Positions 10,676 through 21,056 of a stretch of DNA of 34,061 nt are shown piece after piece. The stretch covers positions 1-34,061 of the forward strand of contig MRSU01003717.1 in NCBI GenBank assembly GCA_008369845.1, written 5' to 3'. The stretch is from Trichomonas gallinae (taxonomy: Eukaryota). How positions within the stretch are numbered: the first letter of the stretch is position 1; each line of letters starts with the position of its first letter. The translations under genes were made by a program, and so were the position numbers. The notes beneath the pieces are model-generated. The model saw only the letters and a program-made list of their open reading frames with translations, ran no database searches and had not been told where the DNA came from.

Positions 10676-11585
10676 TGTGTTTTATATTTAATAAATAGAT
10701 TGTTTTGTTGTTTTAAATCATATTTTATTTATAGACAACGAGAGGCAGACTGTTTCCTTATGTATTTTATTGTCGCTTATGCAAGCTAAGCCGTTTAAAT
10801 ATTACGAAATATAAACTTAATTAGAGTATAGCGCCTTAACTTTGGTACTATATAGTTTAAAAACATAGGAACAATATCTTATAATCCATATCATATTTAT
10901 TGCAATAATATAAAATTTGTTTTTATATTTTAGGTGAACGGAATTCAATTCTTTCCAAACAATCTAAAAATTGATAGCATTGATCGATATTGTGACAAAA
11001 ATAGACAATTTTATAAAAGCAAATTAAATTAGATTTGATTGTTTTGATGACGTTTGAGTCATGTAGAATATGAAAATGTTCAGTTTTTTGCTGAAACACA
11101 AAATAATAAAGCATATGTTATGAATGAATTTTTTATCTTCAAAAATATTAAAGATTTAGCTAACAAATCCTATAATTCAGCCATCCCTAATTGTTAATAT
11201 AATCATATGAAAGTCAAACCTAGGATATGTTAACAAAAAACTAGCTTTTATCACGATTTTTTCCAAAAATAGCTTTTTCTCGAAAATTTCTTGTTCAATC
11301 ATAATTTAGTATATCAATTTCATACACATTTATGAGAAAAATACCAATTTAAAGTGAAAAATTTTGCATATCATAAATATAACAAGTGAAACCATATGAA
11401 TTTAATCCATCCTTAGGTAAAAACTATACAATAATGATATAGATGAAAATTAGATTCAAATATCCTCATTTCTCGAACGAATTACCAAGATCATTAGATA
11501 TTAGATGGATCCATCTCGAAGATCTTGTATTTCTTCGTAAGCAATTTCCCACGAGAAAAAAGATGTTTTTCCAAACTAAATATAT

Positions 11586-13826
11586 TTAGATTTCATTAAC
11601 ATACATATCAAAAAGAACATCCTCGACATTAGTAGTCAAGATGTTATAACTTGTCATGTGGAAATCGTCAAGCTTATTGTCAAGTTCTTCGAGAATGATT
11701 GGAATTTGTTCGGTGATTGGGATTTTTATTGTGTCTTCCATCAGAGAATCAATCTCAATGCCATCAACTTTCTGTTTCATCCAGTTAAACACTGCATTTA
11801 TTTTTGTGTCATCATCGTTTTCTCCTTCGAAAAATGCAGTCAAAGCATATCCTAACTTAAAATTATTTCGCAATTCATTCGCTTTACCATTAAAGATGAT
11901 GCGTCCTTTCTTCATTATGAAGATTCTGTTTGATATAACCTCTGCTTCTTCAAGCAAATGAGAGGAAATAAGACAAGTAGTTTTGACAGCAGAAATCGCT
12001 TTCCAGATCTGATGGCGTGATGATAAATCCACGCCAGCCGTTGGCTCATCTAAAAGAACAATATCTGGCTTTCCTATGAATGCTATTGCTAAGCTAAGCT
12101 TTCTCTTTGTGCCACCTGACAATTTCTGTAATGGAGTATTCAAATGATTTTGTAATCCAAAGACATCAACCATCCTGTCAACTTCTTCATCAACTTTTCT
12201 GCCGGTCAACCCTCGAAGTCTTGCGAACAGTCTCAAGTTGCTCAATATAGAATATTCTTCAATATAAGAGTTATCTTGGTAACAAATCCCACAAACAGCA
12301 TTGATATCATTCAGTCCAAATAAACATGTTTTGCTATTAACGGTTATACTGCCACTGTTAGACTGGATGATCCTGACAAAACATTTAGAAGTGTACTTTT
12401 CCCCGCACGAATATGGACCTATTAATGAAATAACTTCGCCTTTTTCTATTTGGAAAGAAATGTTATTAAGAGCTTGAACTTTTTCGGAGCCGTGAAATGT
12501 TTTGCATAAATTCTCAACTTTCAAAAATGGGTTATTTGAATATTGAACAGCTGATTCATTCTGTCTAGTAAACAAATGTGCCCAGTGTGCTATAGAGAAT
12601 ATGTTTTTCCATCCTATTGGCGGAGAACCAATCGCGCGAGACATGAATAACCTGCTGATAATCATAAATAGAATGAAAATCAAAATTGAAATTAACTGTA
12701 TTTCAAATAAAAACATTTGCGGGAATTTATAACTATAATTCATATCTTTCCAACCGATAGGATAAGCTCTCATGGCACTGTACTCATAGTTTTGTATCAT
12801 CAAATAAAAAGAAAACTGCGGGAAAAATGACAAAAACTTGAATGTTCCATAGATATATTTGTTCCTCATATCATGATGATCGAAATATTAATTAAGCAGA
12901 AACATCAGAACAGTAACTATCACAAAAATGATGTAAATGAGAATCATGCTTTTCTGGGAAACAGGAAAAGCAAAAACTAGGAAGAAAGTCGAAATAGTTA
13001 TCAATAAAACGAAGCAAAAAACGTATGAATAATCAACTGCAATATTTGAACTTCTCATGAATAAATAAACGATGGCGAGCGAGACAATTATCGCATAATA
13101 CAAACAAGAAATCAGTCCAAATGTTGTGAAAGCTAAATATATTGTTGACTCTTTGGCTCCTGATGATTGAATCAAAAGATAAGATTTCGAAAGAACAAAA
13201 GTTTGAATCGTAGAAACTAAATATAAAATCGAAATAATAATAACAATACTCGCTATAGCCGGTGCTAAAATGTTATAAAATTTGATTTCCAGGAAATCCC
13301 ACAATTGATAAAAGGAATTTTCGAATTTTCTAATATTAAAATTTTTGTTTGAATAAAATCCAAAATTTTGGATTGGAAATGTATATTTGATCTCTTTCCA
13401 GTTAAATACGTGTGGTTCGTAATAGGTTTCGTTGCAATGGGATAAATCGATAAGAATATTATTTGATACTTTCAATGCTTCGTATATTTGTGGATCGGAA
13501 ACAATTTTATTATTACTAAAATATGAATGGTATTTGTTTGTAATTGTTGAATTCGGATATAAAAATACAATGGATTTTTCATCATTTATATGCCAAAGAT
13601 CATTTAGGTTATAGCTATAGTACGACTCATTAGCTGAAAAACGAGGTGAAATATCTCCGTACATGCCAAGTAAAGTCAAAGATAAAACTGCATGGAATAT
13701 CCAAAAGAAATAGCTCTGTCTCTGATAGATTAACTGCATCATCAGCTTATACACTTGCCATTGGCTGATTTTTCGGGCTATTGGTACATCCGAATTTATC
13801 AAAGAGTTCCTCAAAGTACTATCCAT
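11586..13826 (-). pseudogene. ABCA-family half transporter (TMD-NBD, NBD1-like), interrupted
   Basis: ORFs 12888-13826 and 11586-12869 are in the same frame, separated only by TAA at 12888-12890 (FLLN*YFDHHDMRNK). Six-TM-like TMD, LSGGTKRKL signature, LLDEPTAGVD Walker B/D-loop and SSH switch are present. Walker A is displaced to the +1 frame at 12371-12409. Confidence 0.85.
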
Positions 13827-13915
13827 TCCGAAAAATAAAAAATATATAAAACATTATATGCATATTATTCATATATTGCTTAAACATTGATCATGGGCTG
13901 TGAAAATATTTAAGG

Positions 13916-14467
13916 TTAAATTGTTTTTAACCTTAATAATTGTATTACGATTATTTTCGCCTCAAATATAAGATCTGGAAAACCGCCATAAGACAAAGGA
14001 CAGCATGGATATTGAATTGACTTTTTTGGATCGAATTGAATTTCATGAATAGATGGAATATAATCGAAGTAATAGCGCTTCTTTTGGCCATCAACGTTAC
14101 GCTCAAGAACGAGGATAGGAAGGGCTTGATTGACGGAAGGATTAACCCAATAAAAAATATCTTTTGAGTTCAAATTGTAATCTTGAATTGGAAGTAAGTA
14201 ACTGTCGATTCTTCCGTACTTTTTGTACATTGAAAATTGCCTCCAGATGATATAGTTATCTTTGAACCTGTATTCAAGATTATCAAAATTATTGTGGGAA
14301 AAACTTTGATTGACTTCAGAAACAGTTGGATGTTCCAAGAATTCCATAGGAACAACAACTTCACCATAGAAATCGGCATGTTCATTACCATAAACGATCT
14401 CGAATGGAATAAAGACGAGAGCATCTTCAACATATGGATCATCTTTGAGGTTTATTTGATATGTCAT
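13916..14467 (-). CDS. Hypothetical protein, start uncertain or possibly frameshifted
   Basis: Long protein-like ORF with first in-frame ATG at 14467 (the track start is TTG). An out-of-frame ATG at 14493 follows an Inr-like TCATAC. No family recognised. Confidence 0.5.
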   Translation of the reverse strand: MTYQINLKDDPYVEDALVFIPFEIVYGNEHADFYGEVVVPMEFLEHPTVSEVNQSFSHNNFDNLEYRFKDNYIIWRQFSMYKKYGRIDSYLLPIQDYNLNSKDIFYWVNPSVNQALPILVLERNVDGQKKRYYFDYIPSIHEIQFDPKKSIQYPCCPLSYGGFPDLIFEAKIIVIQLLRLKTI

Positions 14468-14635
14468 CCTACTATAGAAGAGGATAATATCATTAGGTTG
14501 GAAAGTATGAAACCAATAGGTGAATGTTTTGAGAAGAATATATATATATTTAATAATAATCAAAACGATTTGTATATCATATTAAATGTAATTTTTTATA
14601 GTATATATACAAACAAATTCATGTTTACGTAAAAA

Positions 14636-16928
14636 TTATATGTTGTAGAGATCATTGTCGTTATCACTTTGAGAATTTTTTTCTTCTTCTTTGGTAGCAA
14701 CTATATCCATGAAAACTTTTTCGAGGCTTGTTGATGAACATAAGTAGTTGTCGATCTCAATTTTTCTGTTCTTTAATTCCTGAAGAATCTTAAAAATCTG
14801 TGAAATCTTTATATCTTTTGCAGGAACTGAGAAAACAGTGGAACTATCACGAGCAATGACAACTTTCGCTGTTGGAATGCTAGACAAAATTTCGCTGTTG
14901 ATCTGTGCAATTTTATCAAGGGAAGCATGTTGGAACGAAACATCAATCTTCCAATCACGGCCGTATTTGTTGATATAATACTGAGGACTGCCAACAGAAT
15001 AAATGCATCCATCAATCATAATAGCAATGTTGTCGCACAATGTTTCAGCCTCATCTATGATATGTGTGCACAATAGAACTGTTTTCACGCCTTTGAACAT
15101 TTGTATTAAGTGATGAATCTTTCTGCGAGAAATAGGATCAACACCCGATGAAGGTTCGTCGAGGATCAACACTTTGGCGTCGGAAAAGAAAGGAATTGCA
15201 ATATTGAGGAGCTGCCTGACGACTGAAGACAATGTTCCGACTGTTCTGTTGCTGAATTCCCGAATGTTCAGCGAATTCGAAAGCATCTCACTTAATCTTT
15301 CTCGTTCTGATTTAGGCTTGTCGAAGAAAATTCCGAAGAATTCCATTGTCTCTGAAACGGTCAAATCATCGCTTAACTGGTTCGGAAACTGAGGACAGTA
15401 TCCAATAGTTTGTGAGTGTAACTCATCGAAAATATCATGGCCTAACAATTCGATTGATCCTGAATTCATGTAATTTTCTTTCAAAATTATGCTCATCAGT
15501 GTAGTTTTTCCGGCTCCATTTGTTCCTAAAAGGCCAAATATTGTACCTTCTTTTATGCCTAGTGAGACTTGGTTAACAGCATAGTTATAATTCAGCTTAT
15601 TTCTGAAATATTTGCAAACGCTCTTGATCCGTAAATAATATTCTGAAGAGTCAGAATTCATGACTGACTCTTCCATTGCAATTCCATCCTGCAATCGCTG
15701 TTTCTTATCTTTTTCTTCCATGAAGTTCGCCCGCAATGCATCATTCAGCTCCTTCTCATTCCTACGCCATTTCTTCCTTATTATTTCGATAAGAGCCAAA
15801 ATAGTAACGGCGATTATACTGTGAACGATAGGAGCAACAAACAAAGGCCATTTCGCAACCTTATTTCCATAGATTCCATTGAAATATACAATCAAGCTTG
15901 TGTAAAACATGCCACATATATAAGATGCTTCTTCTAACACATGATTCATTAAATTGCAATAGCGCAAATCGAAATATAAACTAGCACTGCAAGTATTTTG
16001 TTACGCGATATCCAACCGAAAATATATGCATATAATATACTAGGAATTCCAAATAAAAATACTGGAAGGCCCAAGCAAAGTCCTGGTGATAACTGATACT
16101 CATATGTGTCAATAAAATAGTGAATAAGGAAAATCAAAAAAGCTGGAACAATGAAAATAACATAATCAACAACAAAAGCAGCAAGCCAATAAATCCAAAT
16201 TCTAAGTCCGCATGTAACCAAGTAATCACGCTTGTAGTGCTTCAAGTCGTCAACGCTTGATAAAACGAAGGTGATCATCATGACTATTAAGCCTATTTCG
16301 TATAAAAATGATTTATAATTAATCGATTTCAGAATATCGGAAAATATAGATAATTCTTCTTTAGCAAATTTCTCTATTACGACTCTGCTATCTGATTCGT
16401 TTGATATTCTTTGGAAAATGGCGCGCAAAAGTAATAAATACTTCGTATCTTTATAATCAGCATAGATGTTGACGCTAATATTTTGTTCATTTTTGTTGTC
16501 GAGATTTGTAATCGGTAATACTTCATAGCCAAATAAGATATTTGCATTAACTGATGTGTTATCGCGTGAATATAACTGATCGTATTGAAATTTTTCGACT
16601 GTTTCGTATTCAATTATTCTTGGAGCTATACCCGTATCTTTTATAGACATATTTATGAGAATTTCGGAAATTTCAGGATAGCAATTTCGATTTGGGCAGT
16701 TGTCGTTTTGTATAACAGCATTGATGCGTTTTCCATATCAAAATCGCAGAATGTACCATTTCTATGTAATAAATCTGAATTTTTTGAATCATCAACAATA
16801 AAATCAAAAATTCGACTAGTGACTGACATTATAATGAAAAATACAATAATAGGAATGATGTAAAACATGTTGCGGTAATAGATTATCGAGCGTCTGTAGA
16901 TAACTGCTCGAAATTGACTAAGCAGCAT
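14636..16928 (-). pseudogene. ABCA-family half transporter (TMD-NBD, NBD2-like), split by two frameshifts
   Basis: Three overlapping frames join into one protein of about 760 aa through two -1 shifts (windows 16653-16737 and 15949-16000). GLLGTNGAGKTT Walker A, IGYCPQF Q-loop, degenerate signature LSSVVRQ, ILDEPSSGVDP, THIIDEAETLCD and SLEKVF; the TMD has the ABCA-typical GLRIWIYWLA..VVD. Confidence 0.88.
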
Positions 16929-16933
16929 CAAAT

Positions 16934-16941
16934 GTCACTTT
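16934..16941 (-). promoter_or_regulatory. AAAGTGAC motif (trichomonad M2-like element) just upstream of the ABCA ATG
   Basis: The minus strand reads AAAAAGTGACATTTGATG. The same motif precedes the LAMTOR3 ATG. Confidence 0.6.
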
Positions 16942-17251
16942 TTGATCAAATATTTCATTATTTTTCTTTAATTTTCGCAAAGATTCAGGCTATTGATACA
17001 ATTACACAGCCAAATTTAACTTCATTTTGACATATTATTAATATTAAACTTTAACCTTATTTTGTCAAAATTTAAAAATGATATGTAAATAAAAATTTTG
17101 ACAATCTGACACAGTATTTTTTAGGGAGAAGTGTCGGAAATGATAATGAAAAGTGACATTTTCGAAAATCGTTTTGCAAACAAAATTCAATATTGGAATT
17201 TGATGTCGAAGATTTAATCAAACCACGCAGAGATATGTTGCACTTTGGGAC

Positions 17252-17333
17252 GAGTTGTGATGATTGCCGTGCATTTTGATGCTTGATGATAAGCCTATTC
17301 GATTTTCGATTTCTATCGTCCTTTACTGATGTA
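17252..17333 (+). ncRNA. Candidate box C/D snoRNA
   Basis: Box C GTGATGA 17257-17263, 12-nt spacer, D'-like TTGA 17276-17279, C' TGATGA 17284-17289 and box D CTGA 17326-17329, in a locally GC-richer intergenic patch. No clear terminal stem and no target recognised. Confidence 0.35.
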
Positions 17334-17710
17334 AATTTTGACCTAAATGTCACTTTTCATACACTCCTCATTTTTCAGGTTCTTTCATGCTATTAGAGTG
17401 TATAGTATATTATCATGTTTACCTACAAAGTTAGTCCAGCTCTAATCACGTATTCTATTAACCTCGTGAATTTTTGATCCATGTCAGAAACTGTGTCCGC
17501 ATCTTTGTTAAATTGATAAAGTTTGAGATAACTGTGTAGTATAAGCCTAAGTTATACTGTACATTTATTGCTATTGTAATATAATGAGTTTATCACTATA
17601 TATTTAAACAAATAATTCTTCTTTTAAGTGTCTGTAAATTCAAGTAATGATGCGTTTAGCTGTGTAATGAATAAAAAAATGAAGATTTAACAATGAATAT
17701 GAAAAAATAT

Positions 17711-20335
17711 TTAATTACGATTTGAAATGACAGCTTGTGCACAGCATAATTTTGCAACAGGGACCATACTTGGCGGGCATGCGATGGCATCGAGACCGAT
17801 TGTTGTGCAGAATTTGATAGATTTAGCAACACCACATTGTTCGCCATAAACGACAATCTCGATGTCGCTCTTGACGCTCTTTGCATCCTTGGAAGCAGTG
17901 CGCATGAGCTCACCTACTGCATCCTCATCTACAGACTTGAATGGAGAGTCGCGGAGATAGCCACGTGTGAGATAATCAGTAACAAAGAGCTTATCAGCGT
18001 CGCCTTTGCACATACCGAAAACAGTCTGTTGGAGACCTGTTGTTGACAATGCGATGAAATCTGCTTCTGGTGCAATGCATTCCATCATCAAGCACGCACG
18101 GGTACTCTCAACGCTGGCACCCCAGCGAACATTGATTCCGCTTAAGACGTCCTTAGATAACTTCTTGATTTCGGCGATTTCGCATCCATCAGTGACATCT
18201 GGCAACAAAATCGAAATTGAATCAACGCCAGCAGACTTGGCTGCTTCTGCAATTGCTTCCATTTCAAGGTTGAAGATCTTCTGGTTAACGATAGCCATTC
18301 TAACACCGCGTGTGCCCATGAGTGGATTTGATTCTTTAAGGCGCTTAACGGCTTCGAGTGTTGATATTTTCGCGTTGAGATCTTTTTCCTTCTTGAACTC
18401 CTCGTCGTTTGCCTCTTTGAACTCTTTCTGTGCCCTGAGGACAGAGATCTCTTCTGTGAGCTTGACCGGATCCGAGAGATACCTGGAAAGTGGTTCGTCA
18501 AGTAGCATAATAGATATTCCTTTCTCTGCGATAATAGGTTTAAGATCCGCTGCCATGTCGGCCTTCAACTGCGCCAAGCCTTTGTCGACACCTTTCTCGA
18601 CGAACTGCTTCATTGCATCAACGCGCTTGCCGTTGATCAATGAGTCCATTGGGAAGAACGCGAGACCATCTGAGCCACTGCCTTTTGCGCTGTCGATGTC
18701 GGCTGATGTAGCAACTGGTGCGAGAACGGAACATTTACCTTTGCGGATTTCGTCGGCCCATTCCAAGATGCTTTTTGCTGCTTCGCTTCCGCCCTTTGGA
18801 TCTGCTGACTTCTGGATCTTGTTGAACAGCTTACCTGAGTGTGAAACTGTGACAGACTGGCCAGACTTGACTTCTGTTTCTCCAAATTTTGCGATTTTGT
18901 TTTGAATGTCTACAGTGAATTTCGCGCCTAAAACACCTGGCTTCCTGAGCATTCTAAGCAATCTGGCTGCGTATGATGTTATTGGATCATCGCATGTGAC
19001 GACTGCTGTTGCCATGACGACGTCGTTGAAGTCGAGTGGTGTGATATGCTCCTTGATATAGATCGAATTTGAGTCCTTGAGTTTTATCAAATCTGCCTGC
19101 TCGAAAACTGCTTTTCCGCCAACAACACCTGCTCCAGCCGGTGTTCCTTCAGCGAGCGAGTTCCTCGGCTCCTTCTCTACAACGGCACCGCTAAGAGCGT
19201 TGAGGTCGTCTGGTGTTAAGCACATTAAAGCGTCTTCTTTAGATATCATACCTTCGTTCGCCATGTCTCTGACGGCTGCGAATCTGGCGGCGCCGGAGAA
19301 GAAGAGTGGCTTAACGTTAAGAACGTATGCAGCCTGTGGATCTAAAACAAAGTCGATTTCTTGCGGTCCTTTGCAGAACTGCTCGATTTGCTTCGAATTA
19401 TTTTCAATGTCGCGGTGAGCTGGTCCAGAAATCGTATGGTACTCGCTCTGTGCAACTAAGCCTTCTTCTATGTCGCAGCATAACGAAATATTGGCTACAT
19501 TTCCAGAAATCTTGGATTCTCCGGTAGATGGGTTTCTTGTAGATATTTTCGCGGAAAGACCATCGGGAGCTGAATTTCCGTAAATCATCTCCTGAATGAG
19601 AACAGAATAGCCAAGATTGTTGAGAATATTGAAGTAAGATGCGTATTTCTTGAGTTTTTCGGATGTGAATGATTGAATGACTGCTGTTACAGCACCTTTG
19701 AGCTGCTCAATTGGATCCTGTGGGAATGGGATGCCCTTACGCTTTAAATAAATTGATTTATAAATTTTTGTAAGTTCGATCCAATCAAGTGGTGTAGCGT
19801 TGTTAAGCGCCTTGAGTCCACGCGATTTCATATATTCAGCTGTAACTTTATCGAATTTTTCAATTTCAATTCCATTCACGACAATTCCATAAGATTTGAT
19901 GAACCTGGCGTATGTGTCATAAGCAAAAGCACGATTCGTCGTTTCAGATTCAATAGAACGAACAGTTAAGTCGTTAATTCCAATATTCAAAACCGTGCTG
20001 AGCATTCCTGACATATCAGATGTTGCATCGCCTCTTATTGCTAAGAGAAGTGGTTTTGTTAAGCTTCCGAGTTTTTTGCCTGTTTTTTCTTCAATCTGAT
20101 GAACATTATCGAGAATTGCTTGCCATGTTTTGCAAGGCAATGATGTAAGCTTTAATTTATTGAATTTTTCAACGAATTCTGTAGTAATTGTGAAACTTTC
20201 AGGAACTTTGATATTTTGTGCTTTTAATTGGGCCAATAATGCACTCTTGCGGCCAAGAATTGTCAATACATTATCAGGTCCGTTCTTTTCTTTCTCTAAT
20301 TCTGGATATTCATCAAACGAATAGACAGTCTTCAT
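17711..20335 (-). CDS. Pyruvate phosphate dikinase-like protein, predicted catalytically inactive
   Basis: 874 aa with full PPDK domain order: LGRKSA.L, PLLLAIRG...MSGMLSTVLNIGIN, FAYDTYARFI, FPQDPIEQL, ESNPLMGTRGVR and PFKSVDE.AVGELM. TSHAA reads TSYAA and ICGEHG reads VYGEQC. Confidence 0.93.
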   Translation of the reverse strand: MKTVYSFDEYPELEKEKNGPDNVLTILGRKSALLAQLKAQNIKVPESFTITTEFVEKFNKLKLTSLPCKTWQAILDNVHQIEEKTGKKLGSLTKPLLLAIRGDATSDMSGMLSTVLNIGINDLTVRSIESETTNRAFAYDTYARFIKSYGIVVNGIEIEKFDKVTAEYMKSRGLKALNNATPLDWIELTKIYKSIYLKRKGIPFPQDPIEQLKGAVTAVIQSFTSEKLKKYASYFNILNNLGYSVLIQEMIYGNSAPDGLSAKISTRNPSTGESKISGNVANISLCCDIEEGLVAQSEYHTISGPAHRDIENNSKQIEQFCKGPQEIDFVLDPQAAYVLNVKPLFFSGAARFAAVRDMANEGMISKEDALMCLTPDDLNALSGAVVEKEPRNSLAEGTPAGAGVVGGKAVFEQADLIKLKDSNSIYIKEHITPLDFNDVVMATAVVTCDDPITSYAARLLRMLRKPGVLGAKFTVDIQNKIAKFGETEVKSGQSVTVSHSGKLFNKIQKSADPKGGSEAAKSILEWADEIRKGKCSVLAPVATSADIDSAKGSGSDGLAFFPMDSLINGKRVDAMKQFVEKGVDKGLAQLKADMAADLKPIIAEKGISIMLLDEPLSRYLSDPVKLTEEISVLRAQKEFKEANDEEFKKEKDLNAKISTLEAVKRLKESNPLMGTRGVRMAIVNQKIFNLEMEAIAEAAKSAGVDSISILLPDVTDGCEIAEIKKLSKDVLSGINVRWGASVESTRACLMMECIAPEADFIALSTTGLQQTVFGMCKGDADKLFVTDYLTRGYLRDSPFKSVDEDAVGELMRTASKDAKSVKSDIEIVVYGEQCGVAKSIKFCTTIGLDAIACPPSMVPVAKLCCAQAVISNRN

Positions 20336-21056
20336 TAGAGAAAAATTCCGGGAAAAAGTAACGTATCAAATAATCGTTACAAATCTGAATTTCTCTTTTG
20401 TTTGCAGATATACAATTTGTATCGTGTGTCTATGCTAAATCTATAAAAAGCATATATTTTAAACACGAATCCTCAATATAACGAGTAATGCATTTGATAG
20501 TGATACATGGGGATTGTGTGCGTGAGATATAGTAGCTGTCGGAACATAGTCGAGAGAAATCATTGATTTTGGTATGTTTGCTGATTTGAATCTGAATTGT
20601 ACAGCACGTTTCGTTACCAATATTAAAGAGTAAGTCTGATGAAAAGAAAAGGAGATTGATCTTTGATAGCACACTAGCCATTAGACTTGATCTTGAGGTC
20701 GCTGAAAAGAACACGAATGATATATATAATGATCATTTCTTGATCCTCTCAATATTATTTTTTAGAATTATAATTATATAAAGATCTTTGATTTCAATGA
20801 CATAACAAATGTATTTTCGCATTCAATGTTTACAGATCAATTATAATATTGGTAACATAACATGTTGTTAAATTCAGATATCCATTTTTAGTTATTAATT
20901 TTATTATAAGTAAATACATTATGAGTCGAATTTATCAGCAAAATTGAAGCTGTATCTCCTTAAATGCTATATATCAAAAGGCAGACTATTTATTTTCAGA
21001 TTAGTCTATGCAAAATGTAAAAAAATTATTCTAGTAAGCAATTTTTAAAATATATA

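Noticed and set aside
11503..11516. Perfect 14-bp palindrome AGATGGATCCATCT downstream of the ABCA stop
   Set aside because: A single short palindrome in 34 kb is compatible with chance.
11586..16928. Spliceosomal introns as the explanation for the ABCA interruptions
   Set aside because: No trichomonad-type GT...ACTAAC...CAG intron signature at any junction, and the fragments join without removing sequence.
18006..19418. Long plus-strand ORFs (299 aa and 113 aa) opposite the PPDK-like gene
   Set aside because: Antisense shadows caused by codon bias; TTG starts and no motifs. The same applies to the short ORFs nested in the other genes.
20430..20714. 94-aa minus-strand ORF upstream of the PPDK-like gene
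   Set aside because: GTG start and no recognisable domain; at most a gene relic.
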